Assembly (NCBI GenBank): GCA_048939015.1
Contig: JBHLPW010000006.1
Span: forward strand, 32,001 to 96,000
Length of the DNA stretch: 64,000 nt
From: Promethearchaeota archaeon
GTDB lineage: Archaea; Asgardarchaeota; Lokiarchaeia; Sigyniarchaeales; SOKP01
Reading direction: 5' to 3'
A program made the position numbers and the translations under genes. Positions 17,647-26,132 of the stretch are shown here, piece by piece. Below the pieces are notes generated by a model. It did not search any database. It was not told where the DNA came from and saw only the letters and a list, made by a program, of their open reading frames with translations. The stretch's first letter is position 1. Every line of letters begins with the position of its first letter.

Positions 17647-18091
17647 ATGTGAATATATTGAACCAGAAGTACTTGAAAAGATGGAAAATATTGTAGTTTT
17701 TATGTGTAATGAATGTGGACAAGGTTCAGCAAACACAGCAGGAGTGGCTCGAATGGCATATAATCCAGCAATTCGAATAGTTCGAGTCCAATGTACAGGT
17801 CAAGTTGGTCCTATTCAGATTATGGATGCTTTAAGTAACGGAGCGGATTCTGTTGCGTGTGTTGGTTGTTGTTTAGGAGCTTGTCATTTCTTTAATGGCA
17901 ATATTTTATCCATGCATAGAATAAAATTAATGAAAAAGTTATTTAAGGAGTTAGGTTATAGTGATCAGTTTGTTAATCAATATACTTCGAGAGCTGCTGA
18001 AGGAGAAACGGCAGTCGGAGATTTTGAAGATATTGTGGAGCGATTAGCAACTGCAATTAGAGAGGAGGGGACTTTCAAAGATGGATGTTAG
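17639..18091 (+). CDS. mvhD: MvhD-type [2Fe-2S] subunit (Hdr electron-input adaptor)
   Basis: FMCNEC, RVQCTG, GAD...GC..G.CHF..GN. Overlaps the hdrA stop. ATG 17639 preferred over GTG 17624. Confidence 0.88.
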   Translation: MSECEYIEPEVLEKMENIVVFMCNECGQGSANTAGVARMAYNPAIRIVRVQCTGQVGPIQIMDALSNGADSVACVGCCLGACHFFNGNILSMHRIKLMKKLFKELGYSDQFVNQYTSRAAEGETAVGDFEDIVERLATAIREEGTFKDGC

Positions 18092-19322
18092 AGTATTTCA
18101 GTTTAATGGATGTAATAAATGCTTTAATGAGACGATACTTTTAAAAGGAGAATCCAAATATAAAGTAGAATTTATACAAGATCCTCAAAACTGGAAAGAA
18201 CAAAAGACTGAGGTATCAATTATCACTGGATTTTTACTACCAGAGAATAAAGAAATTTTAAATAAGATTAAAGCAAATTCAGAAAAAGTAATTGCATATG
18301 GAAATTGTACTACAACAGGAGGGATTTTTGCTCTTGCTAATCAAAAAAGTCATGATGTAACTCCATTAAAAAACATAATCGAAGATTCAATTAATATTAA
18401 TGGATGTTTAGGGGAAATTGAGGAATTAAAGCTAGAGATTGAAGATAATGATCTCCCAAAATTAAAGAATCTATGTATAGTATGTGGAAGACGGAAAACA
18501 TGTGATTACTTAGACGATGTAAAACGTCAAATTGAATTAGGAGATACTGAGACATGTTTTAATGATCTTGGGTATCTTTGTAATGGTTTTATATCAAAAG
18601 AATGCAAAGAACGATGTATTGATTATAATGCCCCATGTAGAGGTTGTAAACCAATTATAGAACGTTCTGGAATCAGAATGTTAGGAATGTTTGGAACTCT
18701 TATGGGAAATATTGAAGTAGCGACTGAACACTCTGAAAAGGGAGCAACTGATAAATTAGCAGATAGGGATGATGATATAACGGAAAGATTGCCAGATATA
18801 GTAGGAAATTTCTTTAGATTTACTTTACCAACATCAGGATTACCAAAAGGCAGAATTCCTTCAAATGGTAATATTTTAGATGACGTTTTTACTGGAAGAC
18901 TTATTGAAGAATTACCTTTGATTTCAGGATTATTAGGAGGAGATCATTCAATCTCACTAACATTAAAAATAATTGAAACTTACGAGGAAGCAAATGAAAT
19001 TGAAGTAAGCGAAAAAACAAAAAATTATCGAAGTCAATTGCTAAAATTGGAAGATCAACTCCAAAAGGCGATTCAAAGTAAAGATCTGGAAGAATATAAG
19101 AAAATTACTGAAGAAATTCGTAAAATTGCGGGAAATATGAATTTATCTAATTTAACTTATGGAGGATTCAGGTCTCAAATTGATGATAATGATGATTTTG
19201 AAGAATATAAAGCCCACGTTTTTGAAGTGGTCGAAGGAACATATAAAAATGGTTCTGTTGAATTTACAATTGATCCAGTTGGCATTGTAAAACAAATTAA
19301 AATTAAAGAGGGATATGCATGA
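18081..19322 (+). CDS. MvhG/FrhG-like [NiFe]-hydrogenase small-subunit homolog with long C-terminal extension
   Basis: GCNKC, YGNC...GG, NGC, CIVC and CF...G.LC.G......C...C......CRGC cluster ligands, followed by about 150 extra residues. Confidence 0.75.
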   Translation: MDVRVFQFNGCNKCFNETILLKGESKYKVEFIQDPQNWKEQKTEVSIITGFLLPENKEILNKIKANSEKVIAYGNCTTTGGIFALANQKSHDVTPLKNIIEDSININGCLGEIEELKLEIEDNDLPKLKNLCIVCGRRKTCDYLDDVKRQIELGDTETCFNDLGYLCNGFISKECKERCIDYNAPCRGCKPIIERSGIRMLGMFGTLMGNIEVATEHSEKGATDKLADRDDDITERLPDIVGNFFRFTLPTSGLPKGRIPSNGNILDDVFTGRLIEELPLISGLLGGDHSISLTLKIIETYEEANEIEVSEKTKNYRSQLLKLEDQLQKAIQSKDLEEYKKITEEIRKIAGNMNLSNLTYGGFRSQIDDNDDFEEYKAHVFEVVEGTYKNGSVEFTIDPVGIVKQIKIKEGYA

Positions 19323-21787
19323 GTTTTGAATTATTAAGAGAAGAAATAGTGGATGCTGGTCTTTGTCAAGGATGTGGTTTATGTGCTGGTTCATGTAAAC
19401 ATATTGAAATGGATCTAAGGCGTCCAACTTTAAAAGATTATTGTATATTGGAAAGAGATGGAAAAGATTGTGGCAAATGCTATCAAAATTGTCCTCAAGT
19501 AATCCAGAAAAAATTTAAAGAAAAGCAGCCTCTTGCGATTTACTCATTAAGAAGTAAAGACCCAGCTATTTTGAATAAAGCTTCAAGTGGAGGCTTTGTA
19601 ACTACTTTTGCTAAAGAATTGTTGGAGAATGAATCTCTTAAAGAAATAGTAATGGTTCAAGAAGAAGACGAGAAACCTACAGCTGAAATAGTTTCTGATC
19701 CTAATGACGTAGTTCAAAAGGCTGGGGTTATTTATGGTAGGTCTGGAGTACTGCAGAAATTAGTAGAACTTACCGGTGAAACATTTGAGCCGATTGGCAT
19801 AGTTGGTGTACCCTGTGAAATGCGTGGTGCTGCTGAACTTGAAGAAGATATGAATCGAGAAATTTTAAAAATTGGATTGTTTTGTAGTTCCCAAATGAGA
19901 ACTGAACAAACAGACAAGGGTTTAGTATGTTCTCCATGTTGTAATGGTTGTCCCTCTGGGGTCAATGCTCAAGGATATATATCATTGATACGTCAAGGAA
20001 AGTATCAAGATGCTGTTGATTTAATTAGAGAAAGTAATCCCCTTCCGTCTATATGTGGAAGAATTTGTACAAATGAGTGCGAGCATGGTTGTACTCTAAT
20101 TGGAGACGACCATCCTGTCGCGATTCGTGAATTAAAGAAATTTGTTACTGAATGGGAAATTGAAAGAGCTAAAAACACTTCAAAACAAAAAGCTAAATTA
20201 CCCAAAAATGCTAAAAAAGTAGCAATTATAGGATCTGGACCAGCAGGATTAACAGCGGCATATTATTTAAGGAGAATGGGTTATGCACCAACAATTTTTG
20301 AGAAGACAGATCAAACAGGAGGAATGCTAAGATTTGGTGTACCGCAGTTTCGATTACCTAATTATGTATTAGATTATGATGTAGGTAGGATCGTAGATTC
20401 TGGAGTTAAGGTTGTACTTAATAAGCCTTTAGGGCCTGAAATGTCTATTGATGATTTAAAGAATGATGGATTTGAAGCCATATTTATTGCAACTGGACAA
20501 TATAAACCCCGTACCTTACACTTAGAAGGAGAAGATTTACCAAATGTGCATGTAGCAATTCATTTTCTTATGGATAGAAAGTATCGATACTGGGAAAATA
20601 AAGAAGAATTTAAAGGCAAAACTTTAGGAATAATCGGAGGTGGACCAGTCGCAGTTGATGTTGCACAAACAGCTCTTAGATTAGGTGCAGATAAAGTTCA
20701 CCTTGTAGATATAATGTCAAAAGAACAACTCGAATTAGTACTACGAGAAATACCTGAAAATGAAATGGAATTTATGGAATATCACTTTACGACCTCAACT
20801 TCTAAAATCACTCAGAATAAAGATATAAAATTAGTTCTAAATTCTTATAAGATTGAATGGGGTAAACCTGATAAAAGTGGGAGGAAACCATTAATTAAAA
20901 TTGAAGAATCCGATTATCAGATACCAGTAGATTCCATTGTAATTGCAGTTGGTCAAGCAGTAGATTTTGAACAAATAGATGCTGCTACCAATAATATATT
21001 GGAAAAAGAACGAAATAGAATCAAAGTAAACGAGGTTACATTTGAAACAAATATACCTGGTGTTTTTGCTGGTGGAGATATAATCAGTAATTCTAAGGCT
21101 GTAGCCATTGCTGCTATAGCTCATGGAAAAGAAGCGGCAATTTCAATAGACAGATACTTAAAGGGAGAGAACTTAATGGAAGGAAGATACAAGATAAAGA
21201 ATTCCTTTTTCACTGGACCTAAAAAACCTCCAAAAGACTATTCCTTGAAACCAGATACTTTAGAAGAAGCAACTGAAGAAATTAATTGGAGTTTTGAGGA
21301 AATTGATCAAATGTTCAATGAAGATATGGCTTTACAGGAGGCTAGAAGATGTCTAAGTTGTAATCACTTCTGTTCTCATTGTCAAGATTTCCCTGCAATA
21401 TATTCAGATCTGACAGCGGGTGAAGTAGGATCACAAGAAGGCTATACTACAGTGGTAGTTTGGACAGAAAGAGGAAAAAATTTTGTTGAAGAAGCGATTA
21501 AAAAGGGATTATTCGAACAAGGAAAAGTCGATGATGAAGCATTGAAAAATGCTATAAATCTAAAATCAAAACGTGAATTGATGAATTTTGAAAAAACCCC
21601 AAGACAACAAGTATTAAACTATGTATCACTTCAAGGACCTAGTACTATTACAGATATCGTAAACCGAACAGGTCTTGAACCTAAAAAAGCAAGATATGAA
21701 GCGCTCCGATTAGTTCAATTAATGCAATTAGAGATGAAAGCTGAACCTGATATGGAGGAGCCAATATTTTCTATTATATGTGATTAA
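19319..21787 (+). CDS. Fusion: ferredoxin + FrhB/FdhB (F420-binding) domain interrupted by a GltD/NfnB-type FAD/NAD(P) oxidoreductase + C-terminal winged helix
   Basis: CQGCGLC..C; FrhB motifs SSGG.VT, VG.PC and IGLFC; GltD motifs PC..GCP..NP.P..CGR.C, GSGPAG, GGG.VA.D, FAGGD and EA.RCL.C; FrhB then resumes (C..C.DF....D...G.VG..G.T.V...T.RG); HTH-like tail. Confidence 0.85.
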   Translation: MSFELLREEIVDAGLCQGCGLCAGSCKHIEMDLRRPTLKDYCILERDGKDCGKCYQNCPQVIQKKFKEKQPLAIYSLRSKDPAILNKASSGGFVTTFAKELLENESLKEIVMVQEEDEKPTAEIVSDPNDVVQKAGVIYGRSGVLQKLVELTGETFEPIGIVGVPCEMRGAAELEEDMNREILKIGLFCSSQMRTEQTDKGLVCSPCCNGCPSGVNAQGYISLIRQGKYQDAVDLIRESNPLPSICGRICTNECEHGCTLIGDDHPVAIRELKKFVTEWEIERAKNTSKQKAKLPKNAKKVAIIGSGPAGLTAAYYLRRMGYAPTIFEKTDQTGGMLRFGVPQFRLPNYVLDYDVGRIVDSGVKVVLNKPLGPEMSIDDLKNDGFEAIFIATGQYKPRTLHLEGEDLPNVHVAIHFLMDRKYRYWENKEEFKGKTLGIIGGGPVAVDVAQTALRLGADKVHLVDIMSKEQLELVLREIPENEMEFMEYHFTTSTSKITQNKDIKLVLNSYKIEWGKPDKSGRKPLIKIEESDYQIPVDSIVIAVGQAVDFEQIDAATNNILEKERNRIKVNEVTFETNIPGVFAGGDIISNSKAVAIAAIAHGKEAAISIDRYLKGENLMEGRYKIKNSFFTGPKKPPKDYSLKPDTLEEATEEINWSFEEIDQMFNEDMALQEARRCLSCNHFCSHCQDFPAIYSDLTAGEVGSQEGYTTVVVWTERGKNFVEEAIKKGLFEQGKVDDEALKNAINLKSKRELMNFEKTPRQQVLNYVSLQGPSTITDIVNRTGLEPKKARYEALRLVQLMQLEMKAEPDMEEPIFSIICD

Positions 21788-21826
21788 ATAATAAATAAAT
21801 TTAATAAATACCAAGAGGTAAAGATA

Positions 21827-22066
21827 ATGAAATACGATATGGAATTAAACGTCTGCGGGTTAGTATGTCCTGTCCCAGCTTTAAAAACTAAAAAACAGCT
21901 CATGAAAATGAGACCTGGCACAGTTTTAAAAGTTATAACAGACTATAAACCTGCTAGTGAATCTGTTCCCCGTGATTTAGCAAAACAAACTAAGCATAAA
22001 CACTTAGGAACGGAATTTCTCGAAGACGATGAACAATGGTATATCTATTTTGAAGCTGTAAAATAA
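21827..22066 (+). CDS. tusA: Sulfurtransferase TusA family protein (second copy)
   Basis: LNVCGLVCPVP..KTKK motif with a GAGGT SD upstream. Confidence 0.9.
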   Translation: MKYDMELNVCGLVCPVPALKTKKQLMKMRPGTVLKVITDYKPASESVPRDLAKQTKHKHLGTEFLEDDEQWYIYFEAVK

Positions 22067-22073
22067 CTAGATA

Positions 22074-22110
22074 CTTCTTTTTTTATTCTTTTTTTTTTAG
22101 TTTTATTTGA
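22074..22110 (+). terminator. Oligo-T archaeal terminator after the hdr cluster
   Basis: Long T-tracts immediately after the tusA stop. Confidence 0.45.
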
Positions 22111-22231
22111 TTAGTAGGTCGAATCTAAAATTTATCCAAGAGTCCATTTATAGTTCTAGATTGTAAACTATAAATGAATTGCATTCTGATTATAATTTAA
22201 TAAAATTACTAAACAAAACATATAAAGAAAT

Positions 22232-22984
22232 ATGCAGGAAGTAGAAAATATATATCAAGATGCTTATTACAGAACAAAAAACTTCAAAGGGTTATTCATT
22301 CACGATATTTCAAATTTATTTCAGATAATCAGCAATTCTATTGAGTTTTGTGAATCAATGTTAAAAAATGAAGTAAAAACAGATGAAATTTTAGAGTTTT
22401 TTTATATGATTGCGAAACAGATAGACCGTGGTAAGAAATTGATTAGAAATGTTAGAAATCTTTCAGAAATGGAAGAATATGAAATGCCTTTAGTACCTGT
22501 TGAAATATTTTCTACTTTGGAGAATGTTTTTAGTTTTACTTATGCAAGTTTTCCTAAAAAGGAAATTGAAATTAATATGTACCCTAATCATGGAAACCTT
22601 TATATTATGGCAAATGAGCTACTGAGTGAAGTATTTGAAAATATAATTATAAATTCTATTTATTACAACAGAAATAGAGTTGTTAAAATTGAAGTTGTAG
22701 CTTCTATCATTGAAATTCATCATAAGAATTATGTAAAGATCGAGTTTAAGGATAATGGTATTGGTATCGATAATAATCGAAAACAGGTGATATTTCAAGA
22801 AACTCATCTAAAGAACAAGCAATCTAATGGTATGGGAATTGGTCTATCATTGGTTGCTAGAGTAATTGAATTATACGGTGGAGAAATTAGGGTAAAAGAT
22901 CATATAGAGGGAGATTCCACGAAAGGGAGCAATTTCATAATCTTGATTCCATTAATTAAAAAAAAAAAAGAAGGTAATGTGTAA
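22232..22984 (+). CDS. Histidine kinase (HisKA + HATPase, no obvious sensor domain)
   Basis: HDISN H-box, N-box ENIIIN, DNGIGI and GMGIGL. Confidence 0.88.
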   Translation: MQEVENIYQDAYYRTKNFKGLFIHDISNLFQIISNSIEFCESMLKNEVKTDEILEFFYMIAKQIDRGKKLIRNVRNLSEMEEYEMPLVPVEIFSTLENVFSFTYASFPKKEIEINMYPNHGNLYIMANELLSEVFENIIINSIYYNRNRVVKIEVVASIIEIHHKNYVKIEFKDNGIGIDNNRKQVIFQETHLKNKQSNGMGIGLSLVARVIELYGGEIRVKDHIEGDSTKGSNFIILIPLIKKKKEGNV

Positions 22985-23829
22985 TGACAATTAGTTATCA
23001 AAATACAAAACCACTAAAATTGAAGAAAAATATTAAATGGTATACTTATGTAGATTCTTCTCTTGACTTAAAACTAAAAGTCTTTATGGAAGAATATCGC
23101 TTGAATAACCAAGCGAGAATTATAAGAGATTTTGTAAATCATTGCATTGATTATTTCGAAGCAATGTTTAAGAAGAAATCTTATAATGATCCTCAGGTCT
23201 ATGATGAGAAAGAACTTGATAATTTAATAAAAAAAGCAATTACAACATATGAAAATGGTAATAATTTTCATGGAGAATTAAAGCAAAAACTTTCACCGCT
23301 TAAATTATCACTGTTAATGCTTAATAACTATATCGAAGAAAAAAATATGCTCAAAGAGGGCATTCAAAATGCAATAGACGCCTTAAACGAGTTAGAGATT
23401 TCTGTAAAACGACATTTTGAGGAACCTAGTATTGTAAGGTTTATAAAAAAAATAGATCTCTTATATGTTGAAGACAATGAATTGGAACGGAAAACCATAG
23501 AGCATTTTTTTAGAGCAAATGAAGTAAATATTAAATCCGTAGAAACTTCTGACGAGGCTTTATACATTCTTAAGAGCTTAACTCCTAAAGTCATATTACT
23601 TGATATTAATTTAAAGACTAGTAATATAAATGGAGATCGCCTTTGCCAGATGTTAAAATCAAGTTCTCAGTACAATTCAATTCCAATAGTATTAATATCA
23701 GCTGTTTTCTTCAATAATACCAAAGAACAAATTTTAACTGAAACAGGAGCCGATGAAGTCATTTTTAAACCTATTGACAGATTAAAAGATTTAAACGTTC
23801 TATTTAAATACTTTAAAGAAAAATATTGA
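22984..23829 (+). CDS. Response regulator with C-terminal receiver domain and N-terminal RHH-like extension
   Basis: YVEDN, LLDINL, NG..LC, ISA and FKP receiver motifs. Confidence 0.85.
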   Translation: MTISYQNTKPLKLKKNIKWYTYVDSSLDLKLKVFMEEYRLNNQARIIRDFVNHCIDYFEAMFKKKSYNDPQVYDEKELDNLIKKAITTYENGNNFHGELKQKLSPLKLSLLMLNNYIEEKNMLKEGIQNAIDALNELEISVKRHFEEPSIVRFIKKIDLLYVEDNELERKTIEHFFRANEVNIKSVETSDEALYILKSLTPKVILLDINLKTSNINGDRLCQMLKSSSQYNSIPIVLISAVFFNNTKEQILTETGADEVIFKPIDRLKDLNVLFKYFKEKY

Positions 23830-23978
23830 AAACCTAAAAAATAACTTGTTTTTTTTACATTTTTTTAAATTAACTAATTTTAAGACGAAATCTATAGAAG
23901 GATACTATTGAAAATTATTATTAAATTTAAAACACTATAAATATCTAACACTCATTAATTATGAGAAGGGATAAATAA

Positions 23979-25370
23979 GTGAGAATAACTGTCTTAAATG
24001 GAAGTCCTAAAGGGATTGAAAGCACTACAATGCAATATATTTTATATATCCAGAAGAAATTTCCTCAGCATGAACTCAAAATCTTAAATATTGGTCAACA
24101 AATCAAAAAACTTGAAAAGAATGAAGAGAAATTTCGAGAATTTATTGAAGATGTTAAGAATTCTGAGGGGATTATCTGGGCTACTCCCTTATACGTAATG
24201 CTTGTACCATATCAATATAAGAGATTCATTGAATTAATTTGGGAAAGAAATGTAGAGGGAATTTTTAAAGATAAATATGCTGCTGTGTTAACTACATCAA
24301 TTCATTTCTATGACCACACAGCTGTAAATTATATGAATGCCATTTGTGATGATTTGGAAATGAGATTTGTTGGATTTTTTTCACCAGATATGTTTGATCT
24401 TATGATTCCAGATAAGAGAAGGCAACTAGTATTATTTGCGGAGAATTTCTTTCATACTATTGAAAAAAGACTCCCAACCTCAAGAAAGAATCCCTCAATT
24501 AAACCTCAACAATTCGAATACCTTCCTAATTTGGATATAAAAGATGAAGAAAAAATAGAAGTTGAAGATAAGAAAATCTTGATTCTTTCAGATTCCACAG
24601 ATGGGAATACAAATTTAGGGAAGATGATTGAGAGATTTAAAAATTGTTTTAGAGATAATATCAAAATAATTAATATTTATGATATTGATATTAAAGGGGG
24701 TTGTTTAGGTTGTATACAATGTGGATATGATAATAATTGTGTATATAAAGATAAGGATGAGTTCACTGAGTTCTGGAAATCAATCCCAGAATATGACATT
24801 ATTATTTTTGCAGGAAATATTGTAGATAGATATTTAACATCAAGATGGAAATTAGTTTTGGATAGGTCTTTCTTTATGGGACATATACCTACATTAGATA
24901 AAAAACAGTTTGGTTTTATTATTTCTGGTCCATTAGGTCAGATCTCTAATTTAAGAGAAATCTTTGAAGCATATATAGAGATTCAAGATAGTAATTTAGT
25001 TGATATAATCACAGATGAATATCAAAATTCTGCTGAAATTGATCTATTACTACTTAATTTAGCTAAGAAATCGATTCAATTTTCAAAATCTGAGTATATT
25101 AAACCTCATACATTCCTCACTGAAGGTGGGATGAAAATATTTCGTGATGCAGTTTTTGGAAGGATGAGATTTGTTTTTCAAGCAGATCATAGATATTATG
25201 AAAAGCATGGATTATATGATTTCCCCCAAAACGATAAGTTTGCAAAAAAAATGAATGATAAATTCATGCCTTTAACTCAAAATGAGAAGTTTAGAAAAAC
25301 ATTCTATTCTGTATTAAAAACTGAAATGATAAAACCTCTAAAACGTGTTATTGAAAATCCAGATAAATAA
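23979..25370 (+). CDS. Tandem flavodoxin-fold NAD(P)H-dependent / iron-sulfur flavoprotein
   Basis: LNGSPKG..S.T N-terminus. The second domain has an Isf-type CLGCIQC....C motif. Confidence 0.82.
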   Translation: MRITVLNGSPKGIESTTMQYILYIQKKFPQHELKILNIGQQIKKLEKNEEKFREFIEDVKNSEGIIWATPLYVMLVPYQYKRFIELIWERNVEGIFKDKYAAVLTTSIHFYDHTAVNYMNAICDDLEMRFVGFFSPDMFDLMIPDKRRQLVLFAENFFHTIEKRLPTSRKNPSIKPQQFEYLPNLDIKDEEKIEVEDKKILILSDSTDGNTNLGKMIERFKNCFRDNIKIINIYDIDIKGGCLGCIQCGYDNNCVYKDKDEFTEFWKSIPEYDIIIFAGNIVDRYLTSRWKLVLDRSFFMGHIPTLDKKQFGFIISGPLGQISNLREIFEAYIEIQDSNLVDIITDEYQNSAEIDLLLLNLAKKSIQFSKSEYIKPHTFLTEGGMKIFRDAVFGRMRFVFQADHRYYEKHGLYDFPQNDKFAKKMNDKFMPLTQNEKFRKTFYSVLKTEMIKPLKRVIENPDK

Positions 25371-25387
25371 TAGTCATTCTTGGATAT

Positions 25388-26122
25388 ATGGAATTATTAA
25401 AAAATAATTTTGAAGAAATCAAAAAAACCAATGATCCAGAAATAATAAATGATTTCTTAATAAATTTAAGTAAAGATCCAGATAAAGGGTATCTTAGGTA
25501 TGTAGAATACTTCAAGAATAATTTAGATCCACGAATTTTTGAAAAAGTTAAGCTAAATATGATTTATTTGTTAGGAGAGATTGGTAAATTAACCAATATA
25601 GAAAAAAAGTTCATAAATTTATTAAAGGATACATATTACTCATCAGATCGATGGATTAGAAATGAGATAATTCAAGCGATTGGAAAAATTTCGACTAATT
25701 TAGATATAACAGAAGATATTATTAATTTATTGGGATACGCGGTAAATGATGACTATTTTCCGATTAAAGTTAATGCTCTTCAAGTAATTCTAAATTTAAA
25801 TGAACTTCCTGCTATATTAAGCAAAAATATTTTTCAAGCATTAAGTGTAAAAAATACTGAGTTAGAATCACTCTGTATAAAGATATTAGACAAATTTATA
25901 CCTGATTATAATCAATTGTTTTTTGCTCTTAACTTTCAAGATAATTACAAAATTTTAAAAAAACACGCTATTAGAGCTTTATTATTAACATATTTCAGGT
26001 CAGTACTGAATTTAGAATCATTTCGGCAAAAAATCTCTAACTCAAATTGGGAAAATGAATATATAGAAAATTTCCTTAAAGAAATAGATATATATGAAAA
26101 AATTATTATGAAAAAATTATGA
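25388..26122 (+). CDS. HEAT-repeat protein
   Basis: D.WIR...IQAIGKI and D....K.NAL repeats. Confidence 0.7.
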   Translation: MELLKNNFEEIKKTNDPEIINDFLINLSKDPDKGYLRYVEYFKNNLDPRIFEKVKLNMIYLLGEIGKLTNIEKKFINLLKDTYYSSDRWIRNEIIQAIGKISTNLDITEDIINLLGYAVNDDYFPIKVNALQVILNLNELPAILSKNIFQALSVKNTELESLCIKILDKFIPDYNQLFFALNFQDNYKILKKHAIRALLLTYFRSVLNLESFRQKISNSNWENEYIENFLKEIDIYEKIIMKKL

Positions 26123-26132
26123 CGAGGTTTAA

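Noticed and set aside
14132-19322. Selenocysteine recoding in HdrA/MvhD, known from some archaea including Lokiarchaeia
   Set aside because: All ORFs are uninterrupted with Cys at the relevant motifs. The hdrA TGA follows a complete C-terminal ferredoxin domain and overlaps the mvhD start.
14132-21787. Evidence for methanogenesis or a standard H2-oxidising MvhAGD-HdrABC complex
   Set aside because: No mcr/mtr genes and no [NiFe] large subunit in the window. Hdr is widespread in non-methanogens.
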